Counted from the stretch's first letter, positions 9,306-19,850 are shown. The stretch is DNA of 64,000 nucleotides from Elusimicrobiota bacterium (GCA_043826435.1 JBDRQF010000010.1:1818-65817); one strand, 5' to 3'. Numbers and translations: made by a program. Notes: generated by a model from the sequence alone, not told the origin.

Positions 9306-10410
9306 AGAAATATTTATTTCATGCGGTGACCCGTCAGGCGACATGCACGCGTCAAACCTGGCAAAATGGATTAAAAAACTGAGCCCGGGGATAAAGATTA
9401 CCTCAATGGGAGGCAGTCGCACGGAAAGTGCCAGCGACAACTTCCTCTGCAACCTTGTTGATATGCAGTTGCATGGTATCTGGGAACCGGCAAAACACTA
9501 CTTCGGCCTGAAAAAATTGTTAAGCGAAAAAATCATCCCGTACCTTAAGCAAAACAGGCCGTCTGCAATCATCCCGGTTGATTTCTACGGGTTCAACATA
9601 CGGTTGTCAGGTTATGCGCGGTCAATGGGTATCCCCGTTTATTACTACGTCAGCCCGCAGGTATGGGCAACAAGGCCGGGACGACTAAGACATCTTAAAA
9701 AAAACATTGACCATATGTTTGTAATATTTCCGTTTGAAGAAAAAATTTACAGGGACGCGGGCATACCCGTAAGTTTCACCGGCCACCCGCTGATAGACCT
9801 TGTGCCTCATCCAAACGACTACCGGCAGGATACCGCCGCGCTGAACGTCGGCGTTTTCCCGGGTTCAAGAAAACAGGTCATAAGGTGGAACCTGCCGACT
9901 ATGCAGGGAGCGGTTGACATATTAAAAGACAGGTTCCCGCAGGCCAAGTTTTATATTTTCGGATTCAGGGAGTTTGAAGAATTGTACAAGGGCGTCCGTA
10001 GTGCCGAAATAATATATGGTTCACCCGACGGGAAAAACTATGCCGGCAGGGAACAACTTTCCCTTGCCATAAGTACCAGCGGGACGGTGACCCTTGAAAA
10101 CGCCCTGATGGGCATACCCATGATAGTCACGTATAAACTCCCGTGGCCCACGTATTTTTTAATAAAATCACTGATTCGCGTATCAACCATCACGATAGTA
10201 AATCTCATCATGAATGAAAATATAGTCCCGGAATACATCCAGCGGAACGCAATGCCCGGTCTCATCGCAAACGTTGCAACGGCATGGCTGAAAGACCCGC
10301 CGGCTCTGGATAAAATAAGGGAAAAATTCAAGTCGCTCAGGTCCCGTCTCGGTGAGGAAGGGGTTTACGAAAGGACGGCAAGGAGCATACTGGAAAAGAT
10401 CCATGAATAA
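9298..10410 (+). CDS. lpxB: Lipid-A-disaccharide synthase
   Basis: CGDPSGD, YYVSPQVWA, IFPFE, GHPL, PGSR, SGTVTLE. Confidence 0.96.
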   Translation: MAKEIFISCGDPSGDMHASNLAKWIKKLSPGIKITSMGGSRTESASDNFLCNLVDMQLHGIWEPAKHYFGLKKLLSEKIIPYLKQNRPSAIIPVDFYGFNIRLSGYARSMGIPVYYYVSPQVWATRPGRLRHLKKNIDHMFVIFPFEEKIYRDAGIPVSFTGHPLIDLVPHPNDYRQDTAALNVGVFPGSRKQVIRWNLPTMQGAVDILKDRFPQAKFYIFGFREFEELYKGVRSAEIIYGSPDGKNYAGREQLSLAISTSGTVTLENALMGIPMIVTYKLPWPTYFLIKSLIRVSTITIVNLIMNENIVPEYIQRNAMPGLIANVATAWLKDPPALDKIREKFKSLRSRLGEEGVYERTARSILEKIHE

Positions 10411-12127
10411 AACGATTTACAAACGCCTGCTGGAATACTTCAAAGAACACAAGTCGCGTTTTATAACGGCCGTCCTGTGCATGGCCGGCGTATCCGCCTT
10501 AAACGGTATGGTGCGCCTCCTTATAAAACCGATGATAGATAAGGTGTTCATACAGAAGGACGCCGGGACACTTTCACTAATTGTCATTGCCATACCGTCC
10601 ATATACCTCCTGTTGGGTGTCCTGAATTACGCAAAGAATTACCTGATGTCGTACATCGCCCAGAAAATAACCCTGCAAATACGGAATGAGGCATACAGCC
10701 ACCTGCAATTCTTGTCAATGAGGTTTCACACTTCAGGGTCAACCGGCAGGGTCGTTGCCCGCCTTACCAATGACATATCCTTCCTGCAGACGGCTCTTAA
10801 TAAGATACCTGCGACTGCAGTGTTGGACGTGCTGACGGTAATGGTGCTTATGGGCATAATGTTTTATCTTAACTGGAAGTTCGCCCTTGTAAGCCTGGTC
10901 GCATTCCCCGTTGCAAGCATCCCGATAATTAAATTCACCCGGAAAATGAGAGACCTCTCCCGGCACGGGCAAAAGCAAATGGCGGAAATATATAAACACC
11001 TGGGCGAATCCCTCGGCGCGATAAACATTACAAAGGCATTTAACAGGGAGAAAACAGAAATAGGAAGGTTCAGCAGGGCCAACCGGGACTTTTATGAACT
11101 CGTAATACGGTTTGTAAAAACAGAGGCGCTCTCTTCGCCGATTATGGAGTTCCTGGGCGCGCTCGCCATAGCCCTGGTTTTGTTTTTCGCCGCAAAAGAG
11201 GTTATAGGAGGGTACTGGTCGGCAGGATCGTTCTTCGCATTCTTCGGCGCCGCATTCTCAATCTACCAGCCGCTGAGAAATTTCGCGCAGTTCAACCCGC
11301 AACTGCAACAGGCGTTGTCCGCATCCGAAAGAATATTTGAAATACTTGAGGAGAAGCCGGAAATAATTGAAATGCCTGGAGCGCAGCCGGTTACCGATTT
11401 TAAAAAATCTATAACCTTTGACGGGGTCGGATTTCGGTATAACCAGGGACAGTCCGTACTGAAAGACGTATCGTTTGAGATAAAGAAGGGAGAGATTGTC
11501 GCTCTCGTCGGGCCGTCAGGGTCGGGCAAGACGACTATAGCCCACCTGCTCCTGCGGTTTTACAACCCTTCCTCCGGGAAAATATGCCTGGACGGGGAGG
11601 ATATTACGCGATACACCTCCGCCTCCCTGAGGGAACTCATGGGCGTCGTTACCCAGGAACCGGTCTTGTTTAATGAAAGCGTCCTGTACAACATCTCATA
11701 CGGGAAAGAAAATGCAACCGAAGAGGAAATAATAAACGCGGCAACAATAGCCCACTGCCACCCTTTTATAACAAAGATGCCCGGCGGTTACAACACCGTC
11801 GTCGGTGAAAGGGGCGTACTGCTTTCGGGGGGGGAGAAACAGCGCATAGCCATCGCCAGGGCGATAATAAAGGACCCGAAGATATTGATTCTTGACGAGG
11901 CAACCAGCGCCCTGGACGCCGAATCCGAAAAACAGGTCCAGGCAGCCCTTGAAAAGGTTATGGAGGGCAGGACCACCGTCATCATCGCCCACCGCCTCGC
12001 AACGGTAAAGAAAGCGAACAAGATCGTAGTCCTTGAAAAGGGCAGTATCGTGGACGCCGGAACACATGAAGAACTTTTTAAAAAGGAGGGGCTATACCGG
12101 CGGCTGCATCAATTACAGATAATCTGA
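10403..12127 (+). CDS. msbA: Lipid A exporter ABC transporter MsbA-like
   Basis: TM domain plus GPSGSGKTT, LSGGEKQR, ILDEATSALD, IAHRL; follows lpxB. Confidence 0.9.
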   Translation: MNKTIYKRLLEYFKEHKSRFITAVLCMAGVSALNGMVRLLIKPMIDKVFIQKDAGTLSLIVIAIPSIYLLLGVLNYAKNYLMSYIAQKITLQIRNEAYSHLQFLSMRFHTSGSTGRVVARLTNDISFLQTALNKIPATAVLDVLTVMVLMGIMFYLNWKFALVSLVAFPVASIPIIKFTRKMRDLSRHGQKQMAEIYKHLGESLGAINITKAFNREKTEIGRFSRANRDFYELVIRFVKTEALSSPIMEFLGALAIALVLFFAAKEVIGGYWSAGSFFAFFGAAFSIYQPLRNFAQFNPQLQQALSASERIFEILEEKPEIIEMPGAQPVTDFKKSITFDGVGFRYNQGQSVLKDVSFEIKKGEIVALVGPSGSGKTTIAHLLLRFYNPSSGKICLDGEDITRYTSASLRELMGVVTQEPVLFNESVLYNISYGKENATEEEIINAATIAHCHPFITKMPGGYNTVVGERGVLLSGGEKQRIAIARAIIKDPKILILDEATSALDAESEKQVQAALEKVMEGRTTVIIAHRLATVKKANKIVVLEKGSIVDAGTHEELFKKEGLYRRLHQLQII

Positions 12128-12138
12128 TTTTATTTTTG

Positions 12139-12176
12139 CCCGGTACGCTCAACCTTTCCCGGTACGCTCAACCTTT
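12139..12176. repeat. 19-bp perfect tandem duplication at the rpmB 3' end
   Basis: CCCGGTACGCTCAACCTTT x2. Confidence 0.95.
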
Positions 12177-12325
12177 CTTTGTGTCCTCAGACACCTCGTG
12201 CACACGTATCCAAGTTTTGTTTTCTGTAAATTCGGCCTGAACAACCTTGGCGTCGCCCTTTTTGAATGACTTACATTCTTGCCTGCCGACGGCCCCTTGC
12301 CGCAAACGACACATTTGTATGACAT
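12149..12325 (-). CDS. rpmB: 50S ribosomal protein L28 (58 aa, below ORF-track cutoff)
   Basis: Hand translation [58 protein letters not shown]; AGGAGG RBS; divergent from recG. Confidence 0.93.
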   Translation of the reverse strand: MSYKCVVCGKGPSAGKNVSHSKRATPRLFRPNLQKTKLGYVCTRCLRTQRKVERTGKG

Positions 12326-12370
12326 GACTTACCTCCTAACGCAATATACTATTTATTCTACCCAACATAG

Positions 12371-12399
12371 ATTTTACATAATTTTTTTTGAATTGTCAA
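12371..12399 (-). promoter_or_regulatory. Sigma70-type promoter for rpmB
   Basis: Minus strand TTGACA-17 bp-TAAAAT. Confidence 0.65.
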
Positions 12400-12430
12400 A
12401 ATTCAATTCAAAATTTAGTATAATTTCATT

Positions 12431-14542
12431 ATGAGCGGACACCTGTCAGGTTCTGTCCAATACCTCAAAGGCGTGGGCCCCGCCCGCGCAAACGGACTTT
12501 CTAAACTCGGAATACTCACGATAAGGGACCTGTTGTACTATTTTCCTAAAAGGTACGAGGACCGCAGGTTATACAAAAAGATACTTGAACTTAAAGACGG
12601 CGAAATAGCCACAGTATCAGGTAAGATTGAGTTAACCGATGTCGTTGCGATGCACCCGAAACTGGCCGTATTTAAGGCGGCCGTGTCGGATGGCAGCGGC
12701 ATAATTTTTGCGATGTTCTACAAGAGGCCCAGTTACAGGTATGATGTTTTCAATAAACTCAAAACCGTCCTTGTCCCCGGCACAAGAATAATCCTGCACG
12801 GCAGGGTGGAAATATTTCACAATACCAGGCAAATCAGGACGGAAGAATATGAAGTCCTTGCCGGGGACGAGACCGACCGCCTGCATACAGGCAGGATCGT
12901 CCCTGTTTATCCCGGGGCTGAAGGAGTCCCCTGCAGGTTCCTCAGGTCAATTATAAAACAGGCGGTTGAAAGGTTTTCTAAATACGTCCCTGAAATTGTA
13001 CCCCCGGGCTATGAAAAGACGGTTGATGAAACCCCGGTGAAATACGCGATGGAACAGATTCATTTCCCTGATGAATTTGATAAAATTGAACGGGCCCGGA
13101 AGCGGCTTGCCTTTGATGAATTTTTGATCCTTGAACTGGCGATGCTGCTTTCAAAAAGACAGCATTCTGAAAAAAGGAAAAACAGGGATATAAGGATACT
13201 CAAAAACCTCCTTACCCCTTTCAGGCAACGGCTGGGTTTTGATTTCACAAGACCGCAGAAAAAGGTCATAAACGAAATTTTTATGGATATGACTTCCGCC
13301 AAACCGATGAACCGCCTGCTGATGGGCGATGTCGGAAGCGGAAAGACAGTAGTGGCATTAAGCGCCGTGCTGCTTGCAATAGAAAACGGTTACCAGGCGG
13401 CAATGATGGCGCCGACGGAAATACTTGCCGAGCAACACTATTATACGACAAAAAATTTCCTTAACGACCTGTCGGTCCGCACCGCCCTGTTGACCGGTTC
13501 AACGCCGCAATCAAAAAAAAGGGACATCGTCAGGTCGCTGGCGGAGGGCGGCATTGACCTGCTGATAGGCACCCACGCTCTCATTGAGAGCAGGGTCAGG
13601 TTCGGGAAACTTGCGCTGGTTGTTATAGACGAGCAACACAAGTTCGGCGTGATGCAGAGGCACAAACTCCACCGGAAGGGAGCCCTTACGGAGGAGGCAT
13701 CTCCGCCGGACGTCCTGATAATGACGGCCACCCCGATACCCAGGACGCTTGCCCTTACTATATACGGCGATCTTGATGTGTCCGTAATTGATGAACTCCC
13801 GTCAGGCCGGCTTCCGGTAACCACAATGCATGCGGACGAGCCATTCGCATGGGATTTTATCGCAAAAAAAATAAGGGAGGGCCGCCAGGCGTACATCGTT
13901 TTCCCGCTTGTTGAGGAATCGGACAAGATAGAACTTAAGGCCGCTGTCCAGGAAGCCCGGCGTCTTTCCATGGACGTTTTTCCCGAATTCAGGGTTGGGC
14001 TACTGCACGGCCAGATGAAAGGTGCCGACAAGGAAAAGGCGATGCTGGACTTCAGGGACAGGAAATACGACATACTGATAGCAACCACAGTAATAGAAAT
14101 AGGGATTGACATACCGGACGCAACCGTCATCGTAATAGAACACGCCGACAGATTCGGGCTTTCAACCCTGCACCAGTTAAGGGGACGCGTGGGGAGAAAA
14201 AGCGGGGTTGAATCATACTGTCTGCTCCTGGGAGAACCGAAAACCGACGAGGCAAAAAAACGGATGAATACCCTCATTTCAACAACGGACGGTTTCGTTA
14301 TAGCAGAGAAAGACCTTGAGATAAGGGGCCCCGGCGAATTCTTCGGCGTCCAGCAGCACGGCGCACTCCCATTAAAAATCGGGGATATTTTCAGGGACAT
14401 AGGGATAATAAACAGGACCAGAAAATTAGCGGGCGAGATACTCTCAAATGACCCGGCTCTTGCCGGCCGGAAACATTTAAACATGAAAGAAGAACTTATC
14501 AGGAATTACGCAGGAAGGTTCTTCCTACCGCAGACAGGTTGA
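12431..14542 (+). CDS. recG: ATP-dependent DNA helicase RecG
   Basis: LKGVGP, RLLMGDVGSGKT, MAPTEILAEQH, DEQHKFG, TATPIPRT, LHQLRGRVGR. Confidence 0.98.
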   Translation: MSGHLSGSVQYLKGVGPARANGLSKLGILTIRDLLYYFPKRYEDRRLYKKILELKDGEIATVSGKIELTDVVAMHPKLAVFKAAVSDGSGIIFAMFYKRPSYRYDVFNKLKTVLVPGTRIILHGRVEIFHNTRQIRTEEYEVLAGDETDRLHTGRIVPVYPGAEGVPCRFLRSIIKQAVERFSKYVPEIVPPGYEKTVDETPVKYAMEQIHFPDEFDKIERARKRLAFDEFLILELAMLLSKRQHSEKRKNRDIRILKNLLTPFRQRLGFDFTRPQKKVINEIFMDMTSAKPMNRLLMGDVGSGKTVVALSAVLLAIENGYQAAMMAPTEILAEQHYYTTKNFLNDLSVRTALLTGSTPQSKKRDIVRSLAEGGIDLLIGTHALIESRVRFGKLALVVIDEQHKFGVMQRHKLHRKGALTEEASPPDVLIMTATPIPRTLALTIYGDLDVSVIDELPSGRLPVTTMHADEPFAWDFIAKKIREGRQAYIVFPLVEESDKIELKAAVQEARRLSMDVFPEFRVGLLHGQMKGADKEKAMLDFRDRKYDILIATTVIEIGIDIPDATVIVIEHADRFGLSTLHQLRGRVGRKSGVESYCLLLGEPKTDEAKKRMNTLISTTDGFVIAEKDLEIRGPGEFFGVQQHGALPLKIGDIFRDIGIINRTRKLAGEILSNDPALAGRKHLNMKEELIRNYAGRFFLPQTG

Positions 14543-14567
14543 CAAGCCCCGAAATATTTTATATAAT
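14539..14567 (+). promoter_or_regulatory. Consensus sigma70 promoter, probably leaderless coaD
   Basis: TTGACA-17 bp-TATAAT, ATG 6 nt later, no SD. Confidence 0.75.
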
Positions 14568-14573
14568 CTCGTT

Positions 14574-15059
14574 ATGAAACTTGCGGTTTACCCGGGTAGT
14601 TTTGACCCCCCGACAAACGGCCATATTGACATTATAACCCGTGCATCCCGGCTCTTTGACAGGGTCATAGTGGCCATAACCGACAACCCGAATAAGAAAC
14701 CGTTTTTCAATATTGAAGAGAGGAAACGGATGTTAATCGCTTCCCTTAAAAATATCCGCAGTGTTGAGGTGGATTCATTCACGGGGCTTTTGATAAACTA
14801 CCTCGGAAAGAAAAAAGCCCGAATAATAATACGCGGCCTCAGGGCGGTGAGCGATTTTGAATACGAATTCCAGTTGGCGCTTATGAACAGGAAACTTTCA
14901 AAAAACATAGAAACGGTGTTCCTGATGCCGGACGAAAAATACACGTTCTTATCTTCAAGCATGGTAAAAGAGGTGGCCCTCCTGGGCGGTGGGATTAAGG
15001 ACTTCGTTCCGTCCGTCGTTGAAAGAAGTATAAAACAGAAAATAAAAAATGGCCAATAA
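14574..15059 (+). CDS. coaD: Phosphopantetheine adenylyltransferase
   Basis: YPGSFDPPTNGH, RGLRAVSDFEYE, LSSSMVKE. Confidence 0.98.
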   Translation: MKLAVYPGSFDPPTNGHIDIITRASRLFDRVIVAITDNPNKKPFFNIEERKRMLIASLKNIRSVEVDSFTGLLINYLGKKKARIIIRGLRAVSDFEYEFQLALMNRKLSKNIETVFLMPDEKYTFLSSSMVKEVALLGGGIKDFVPSVVERSIKQKIKNGQ

Positions 15060-16803
15060 AACCGTTGTCCCGTTAAAGAAATTGGGGGAGATGCTCGTCA
15101 GCGTCGGGATGCTCACGCAGGAGCAGTTAGACGAGACGCTAAAAGTCCAGCAGAAATCGGGCGGAAAACTCGGCCACATACTCATACAGTTGGGTTACGT
15201 GTCCGAGGAACTTCTTCTTGCATTCCTTGGCAAGCAGGCGGGTATGCAGTTTGTCTCACTGCAGGAATACGGCGACATATCCGAAGACGTAATCAAATCG
15301 GTGCCTGAAAGCATCGTCCGGCACCAGACACTCCTGCCGATCGCAAGGTCAGGCAAGAACCTCACCATCGCCCTTTCAGACCCTTTCAACATATTCGCCA
15401 TAGACGACCTGAAACTCATGACCGGTTATGAGATAAACGTGGTAATTGCGTCTGAAAAAGAAATAAAGGACGCGATAGAAAAATACTACAGCGCCAAGGG
15501 GTCAATAGAAGACGTGCTGAGGGACATTGAAATGACCCCGGAAGCCGCAGACCTTGAACTTGTCAAGGAGAGTGACGCCGGGACGGACATAGTCGCCCTT
15601 GAACAGCAGGGGGAAGAAGCCCCCGTCATCAAACTCGTAAATTTTGTACTCACCAATGCGGTAAAACAAAAGGCGAGCGACATTCACATAGAGCCGTACG
15701 AAAAGTCATTCAGGGTGAGGTACCGCGTTGACGGCGTTCTGCACGAACAACAACCGCCTCCCAAGAGACTCCAGAACGCAATTATATCAAGGATAAAGAT
15801 TATGGCGAAATTAGACATCGCCGAGCACCGGCTCCCGCAGGACGGCAGGATAAAAATCAAACTTCTTAACAAGGAGGTTGATTTAAGGGTGTCCATACTT
15901 CCGACGAACTTCGGCGAGAAGATCGTAATGAGGATACTTGATTCCAGCAACCTGTGCGTTGATTTGCACAAATTGGGTTTTGAACCTGAAACCCTCGCCA
16001 TATATGAAAAAAATATAAAACTTCCTTTCGGGATAAACCTTGTAACTGGTCCTACCGGCAGCGGCAAATCCACCACCCTTTATTCGGCGCTGTCAACCCT
16101 GAACCACCCGGACATCAACATAATGACAATAGAGGACCCTGTTGAGTTTGTAATGCAGGGCATAAACCAGGTTCAGGTCAAAGCGTCTATAGGGCTGACA
16201 TTTGCATCGGCATTGAGGTCATTCCTCAGGCAGGATCCCAATATCATACTGGTCGGGGAAATCAGGGATACCGAAACGGCTGAAATCGCAATAAATGCGT
16301 CCCTCACGGGGCACCTGGTATTCGCAACCCTTCATACAAACGACGCGCCCGGCGCAATAACGCGACTCACAAACATGGGGATTGAGCCGTTCCTCACGGC
16401 TTCCACTATCGCTATGGTTGTAGCGCAACGGCTTGTCCGGTCAATATGCAAACACTGCAAGGAGCCGTACGAAATATCCGTTGAACACCTTGAACACTTA
16501 GGGATTAAAAAGGAATTGATTGAAGACAAGAAAAACATTACGCTATACAAAGGGAAAGGGTGCGATCACTGTTCAAAGGGATACAGGGGACGGCTGGGCA
16601 TTTATGAAGTTATGGAGATGAACGATGATATCCGGCAGTTAATCCTTGATCGCGCCTCGGCGCACGTAATAAGACAGGCAGCCCGTAAATCAGGGATGTT
16701 CACGTTGAGGGATAGCGCTATCCGGAAACTGCTTTCAGGGATAACGACCGTTGAGGAAGTCATGCGTGTTACAACGGGCGAAACGGATATGGAGGCGGAC
16801 TGA
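15049..16803 (+). CDS. pilB: Type IV pilus assembly ATPase PilB
   Basis: N-terminal KLGEML/KLGHIL MshEN-like motifs, ASDIHIEP, GPTGSGKST, TIEDPVE, LRQDP, GEIRD, tetra-Cys. Confidence 0.95.
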   Translation: MANKTVVPLKKLGEMLVSVGMLTQEQLDETLKVQQKSGGKLGHILIQLGYVSEELLLAFLGKQAGMQFVSLQEYGDISEDVIKSVPESIVRHQTLLPIARSGKNLTIALSDPFNIFAIDDLKLMTGYEINVVIASEKEIKDAIEKYYSAKGSIEDVLRDIEMTPEAADLELVKESDAGTDIVALEQQGEEAPVIKLVNFVLTNAVKQKASDIHIEPYEKSFRVRYRVDGVLHEQQPPPKRLQNAIISRIKIMAKLDIAEHRLPQDGRIKIKLLNKEVDLRVSILPTNFGEKIVMRILDSSNLCVDLHKLGFEPETLAIYEKNIKLPFGINLVTGPTGSGKSTTLYSALSTLNHPDINIMTIEDPVEFVMQGINQVQVKASIGLTFASALRSFLRQDPNIILVGEIRDTETAEIAINASLTGHLVFATLHTNDAPGAITRLTNMGIEPFLTASTIAMVVAQRLVRSICKHCKEPYEISVEHLEHLGIKKELIEDKKNITLYKGKGCDHCSKGYRGRLGIYEVMEMNDDIRQLILDRASAHVIRQAARKSGMFTLRDSAIRKLLSGITTVEEVMRVTTGETDMEAD

Positions 16804-16829
16804 CGTCAATAAGGAGGGGAAATAAAAAT

Positions 16830-17912
16830 ATGACAGGGACAATACTTAACATGCAGGACCTATTATTTCTGATGAATGAAAAAAAGGCGAGCGACATGCA
16901 CATAACCGCCGGCCTTCCTCCAATGATCAGGATTGACGGCGAACTCGTCCCCACGCAGTACGACAAACTCACCCCTGATTTGTGCCAGCGGCTTGTCTAT
17001 TCGTTGCTGACCGACGTCCAGAAAGAAAAATTTGAGGCGTCAAACGAACTTGACCTGTCATTCGGCATAAAAGGCGTGGGCAGGATAAGAATGAACGTAT
17101 TCCGCCAGAAAGGGGTGATTGCGGCTTCCCTGCGTTCCATACCGAACAAAATACCGACTTTTGAAGAACTCGCCCTACCGGGCGTCATCTATGATATAAC
17201 GAAACTCACAAAGGGGTTTGTAATCGTCACAGGGCCTACGGGCTGCGGAAAATCAACCACGCTTGCATCAATGGTTGACTACCTGAACGAGCACAGGCAC
17301 TCTCACATAGTCACGATTGAAGACCCGATTGAATACCTGCACTCCCACAAGAAAAGCATGGTCAACCAGAGGGAGATAGGCGCCGATACGGCGTCATTCC
17401 CGCAGGCACTGAAATACGTCCTCAGACAGGACCCGAACATTATACTTGTAGGTGAAATGCGCGACCTGGAAACCATCCAGAGCGCTCTCACAATCGCAGA
17501 AACAGGACACCTCGTTTTAGCCACACTGCACACGACTGATGCCGCATCATCCATAAACAGAATCATAGACGTGTTCCCGCCGCACCAGCAGGAACAGGTA
17601 CGGTCGCAGTTATCGTTCACTCTGCAATATGTTATTGCCCAGATGCTCCTGCCCCACGCCTCGGGAACGGGCAGGGCGCTGGTATGCGAAGTCCTGACCG
17701 TTACGTCCGCCATCAGGAATCTGATAAGGGAAGGGAAAACGGAACAGATTTCCATTGCGATGCAGACAGGCGCCAAGTACGGCATGCAGACGATGAATCA
17801 GTCGCTGGCTGAACTTTACCGCAGGAAGCAGATTACGTACCAGGAGGCGCTGAACCGCACGCTTGACCAGGAAGACCTTAAACGTCTCATTCAGAGGGAG
17901 GTCGGCGTCTGA
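16830..17912 (+). CDS. pilT: Type IV pilus retraction ATPase PilT
   Basis: ASDMH, GPTGCGKSTT, AETGHLV, AIRNLIRE, GMQTM. Confidence 0.96.
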   Translation: MTGTILNMQDLLFLMNEKKASDMHITAGLPPMIRIDGELVPTQYDKLTPDLCQRLVYSLLTDVQKEKFEASNELDLSFGIKGVGRIRMNVFRQKGVIAASLRSIPNKIPTFEELALPGVIYDITKLTKGFVIVTGPTGCGKSTTLASMVDYLNEHRHSHIVTIEDPIEYLHSHKKSMVNQREIGADTASFPQALKYVLRQDPNIILVGEMRDLETIQSALTIAETGHLVLATLHTTDAASSINRIIDVFPPHQQEQVRSQLSFTLQYVIAQMLLPHASGTGRALVCEVLTVTSAIRNLIREGKTEQISIAMQTGAKYGMQTMNQSLAELYRRKQITYQEALNRTLDQEDLKRLIQREVGV

Positions 17913-17920
17913 AATACCTG

Positions 17921-17967
17921 TGCAATATTTGCCACTTGGCTGTGCGAATGCAGGGATGATGTTTACA
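17921..17967. repeat. Copy of dispersed 45-46 bp TGCA-bounded element (degenerate right end)
   Basis: TGCAATATTTGCCACTTGGCTGTGCGAATG matches the reverse complement of 60848-60892 at 28 of the first 30 bases. Confidence 0.75.
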
Positions 17968-18028
17968 CTGAAACACCGGGCTGCATTTTAAACGGAATAA
18001 TTATGCCACGTACGGAGGAAAACATAAA

Positions 18029-19234
18029 ATGCCTCAATTTCATTATAAGGTGAGGACGCCGGCAGGGGTAGTAAATACAGGCACGACCGAAGCCGCAAGC
18101 ATCTCCGCAGCGACGGAAAAACTCAAGGCGCAGAGATACGTCGTCCTTGAAATCACGGGGGCGAAAAAGGGCGGGCTGGGATTCGGGAAAAGGGTAAAAG
18201 CAAAGGATATTGCGTTGTTCTCAAGGCAATTGGCAACGTTGGTCACATCGGGCGTGCCCATAGTCCAGGGGTTGAGCATCCTCGGCGAACAGATAGAAAG
18301 TAAAGGGCTGGAGTACGTAGTAAATAAAATCAAGGAAGACATAGAGGCGGGTATTTCAATAGCGGACGCAATGAAAAAACACCCTACCGCATTCAGCGAA
18401 CTGTACGTGGCAATGGTAAAGGCAGGCGAGGTCGGAGGAATCCTGGACGTAATCCTTGACCGCCTCTCCGGCTATCTTGAGGCGTCCGAGGAACTGAAGG
18501 GCAAAATAAAGAGCGCAATGACTTATCCTGTGCTCGTCGCATTCATTGCAGTGGCTGCTTCTGGCTTCATGTTAACCGGCGTCATACCGCAGTTTGCCGG
18601 GATATTCCAGGAAATGGGGGTTGACCTGCCTCTACCGACGATAATAATGCTTGCCCTTAGTGATTTTGTGAAGGCGAACATTCTCTTCTTAATAGCTGGT
18701 CCCACGCTAATATTTGTCGGGTTGAAACAACTTTTCAAAAGGAGCCCCGAAGCCAGGTTCAGATTTGACGCGATAAAACTGAAACTGCCGATGTTCGGCC
18801 TCCTGATTAAAAAAACCAGCGTCGCGAAATTTACAAGGACATTGGGGACACTGGTTAAATCAGGCGTGCCGATAATCCAGGCGCTGGAAACAGTTGCGAA
18901 AACAAGCGGGAACAGCGTCATTGAAAGGGCGATAATGGCGGCAAGGGAGTCCATAAAGGAAGGCGAGAGAATCGCTCCCCCGCTCAGGAGATGCGGGGTA
19001 TTCCCGCCGATGGTCATACAGATGATTTCCGTGGGTGAAGAGACCGGCACCTTGGATACGATGTTAAGCAAAATTGCGGACTTTTACGACAGGGAGGTTG
19101 ACGATGCGGTAAAGGCGATAACCAGCATGATTGAGCCGCTCATAATCGTTTTTATGGGCGGTGTAATCGGAGGGATGGTACTTGCCCTATTCCTGCCGAT
19201 GTTTGAACTTACGAACCAGATGAGCCAGGGCTGA
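18029..19234 (+). CDS. pilC: Type IV pilus platform protein PilC (GspF family)
   Basis: FSRQLATL, AGEVGG, SAMTYP, VGEETG, IEPLII. Confidence 0.96.
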   Translation: MPQFHYKVRTPAGVVNTGTTEAASISAATEKLKAQRYVVLEITGAKKGGLGFGKRVKAKDIALFSRQLATLVTSGVPIVQGLSILGEQIESKGLEYVVNKIKEDIEAGISIADAMKKHPTAFSELYVAMVKAGEVGGILDVILDRLSGYLEASEELKGKIKSAMTYPVLVAFIAVAASGFMLTGVIPQFAGIFQEMGVDLPLPTIIMLALSDFVKANILFLIAGPTLIFVGLKQLFKRSPEARFRFDAIKLKLPMFGLLIKKTSVAKFTRTLGTLVKSGVPIIQALETVAKTSGNSVIERAIMAARESIKEGERIAPPLRRCGVFPPMVIQMISVGEETGTLDTMLSKIADFYDREVDDAVKAITSMIEPLIIVFMGGVIGGMVLALFLPMFELTNQMSQG

Positions 19235-19255
19235 TACACGGCCGGTGCGCGCCGG

Positions 19256-19305
19256 TGTGATTTTTTTCACATCCCCTTGACAAAAACAAAAAAATATGTT
19301 ATACA
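19256..19305 (+). promoter_or_regulatory. CRP/FNR-family box plus sigma70 promoter of the pilin gene
   Basis: TGTGA-TTTTTT-TCACA (19256-19271), TTGACA (19277), 17 bp spacer, TGn-TATACA (19300). Confidence 0.72.
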
Positions 19306-19371
19306 TATGGTGGGTTTACGGGGAATATAATAAAGTCCCGCAATCTTTAAACCCAAAGGAGGTGAAAAGAA

Positions 19372-19821
19372 ATGAAGAAATCAAAAGGGTTTACGCTAAT
19401 TGAGTTAATGGTAGTCATCGTTATCCTGGGGATTCTTGCCGCTGTGATAGCCCCGCGTATCCCCCAGTTCGTCAACAAGGCGAAAGAGGGGAAGACAAAG
19501 GGTAACCTGGCAAACCTGCGTTCCACTCTTAACATCTACTACAGTGACAACGATGGGATATATCCTGGAGACCTCGCAACCCCCCTTGCCTGTTTGTCGC
19601 CAAAATACATAAAGGCAATTCCGGATGCAGAGATGCCTCCTATCCACGCTAAAAGTAATGCAGTTGAAGCTGATGGAGCTGATGACCCGGATGCCCTCTC
19701 AGCCTCAGATGTCGGTGGCTGGATATATGAATATATGAGGACCGAAGGCAACTGGGGTGACGTGGGTGTTAACTGCAATGCACATACTGATTCAAGTGGC
19801 GAAGACTGGACTACCTACTAA
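19372..19821 (+). CDS. Type IV pilin / pseudopilin, probable major pilin
   Basis: MKKSKG|FTLIELMVVIVILGILAA prepilin site; own promoter, strong RBS and terminator. Confidence 0.92.
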   Translation: MKKSKGFTLIELMVVIVILGILAAVIAPRIPQFVNKAKEGKTKGNLANLRSTLNIYYSDNDGIYPGDLATPLACLSPKYIKAIPDAEMPPIHAKSNAVEADGADDPDALSASDVGGWIYEYMRTEGNWGDVGVNCNAHTDSSGEDWTTY

Positions 19822-19850
19822 GTCAGTGTTGTAACACCAGATACATATTA

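Noticed and set aside
13441-14484. 347-aa antisense ORF in recG and other long antisense ORFs (e.g. 5164-6336)
   Set aside because: Shadow frames of well-supported genes with no recognisable motifs.
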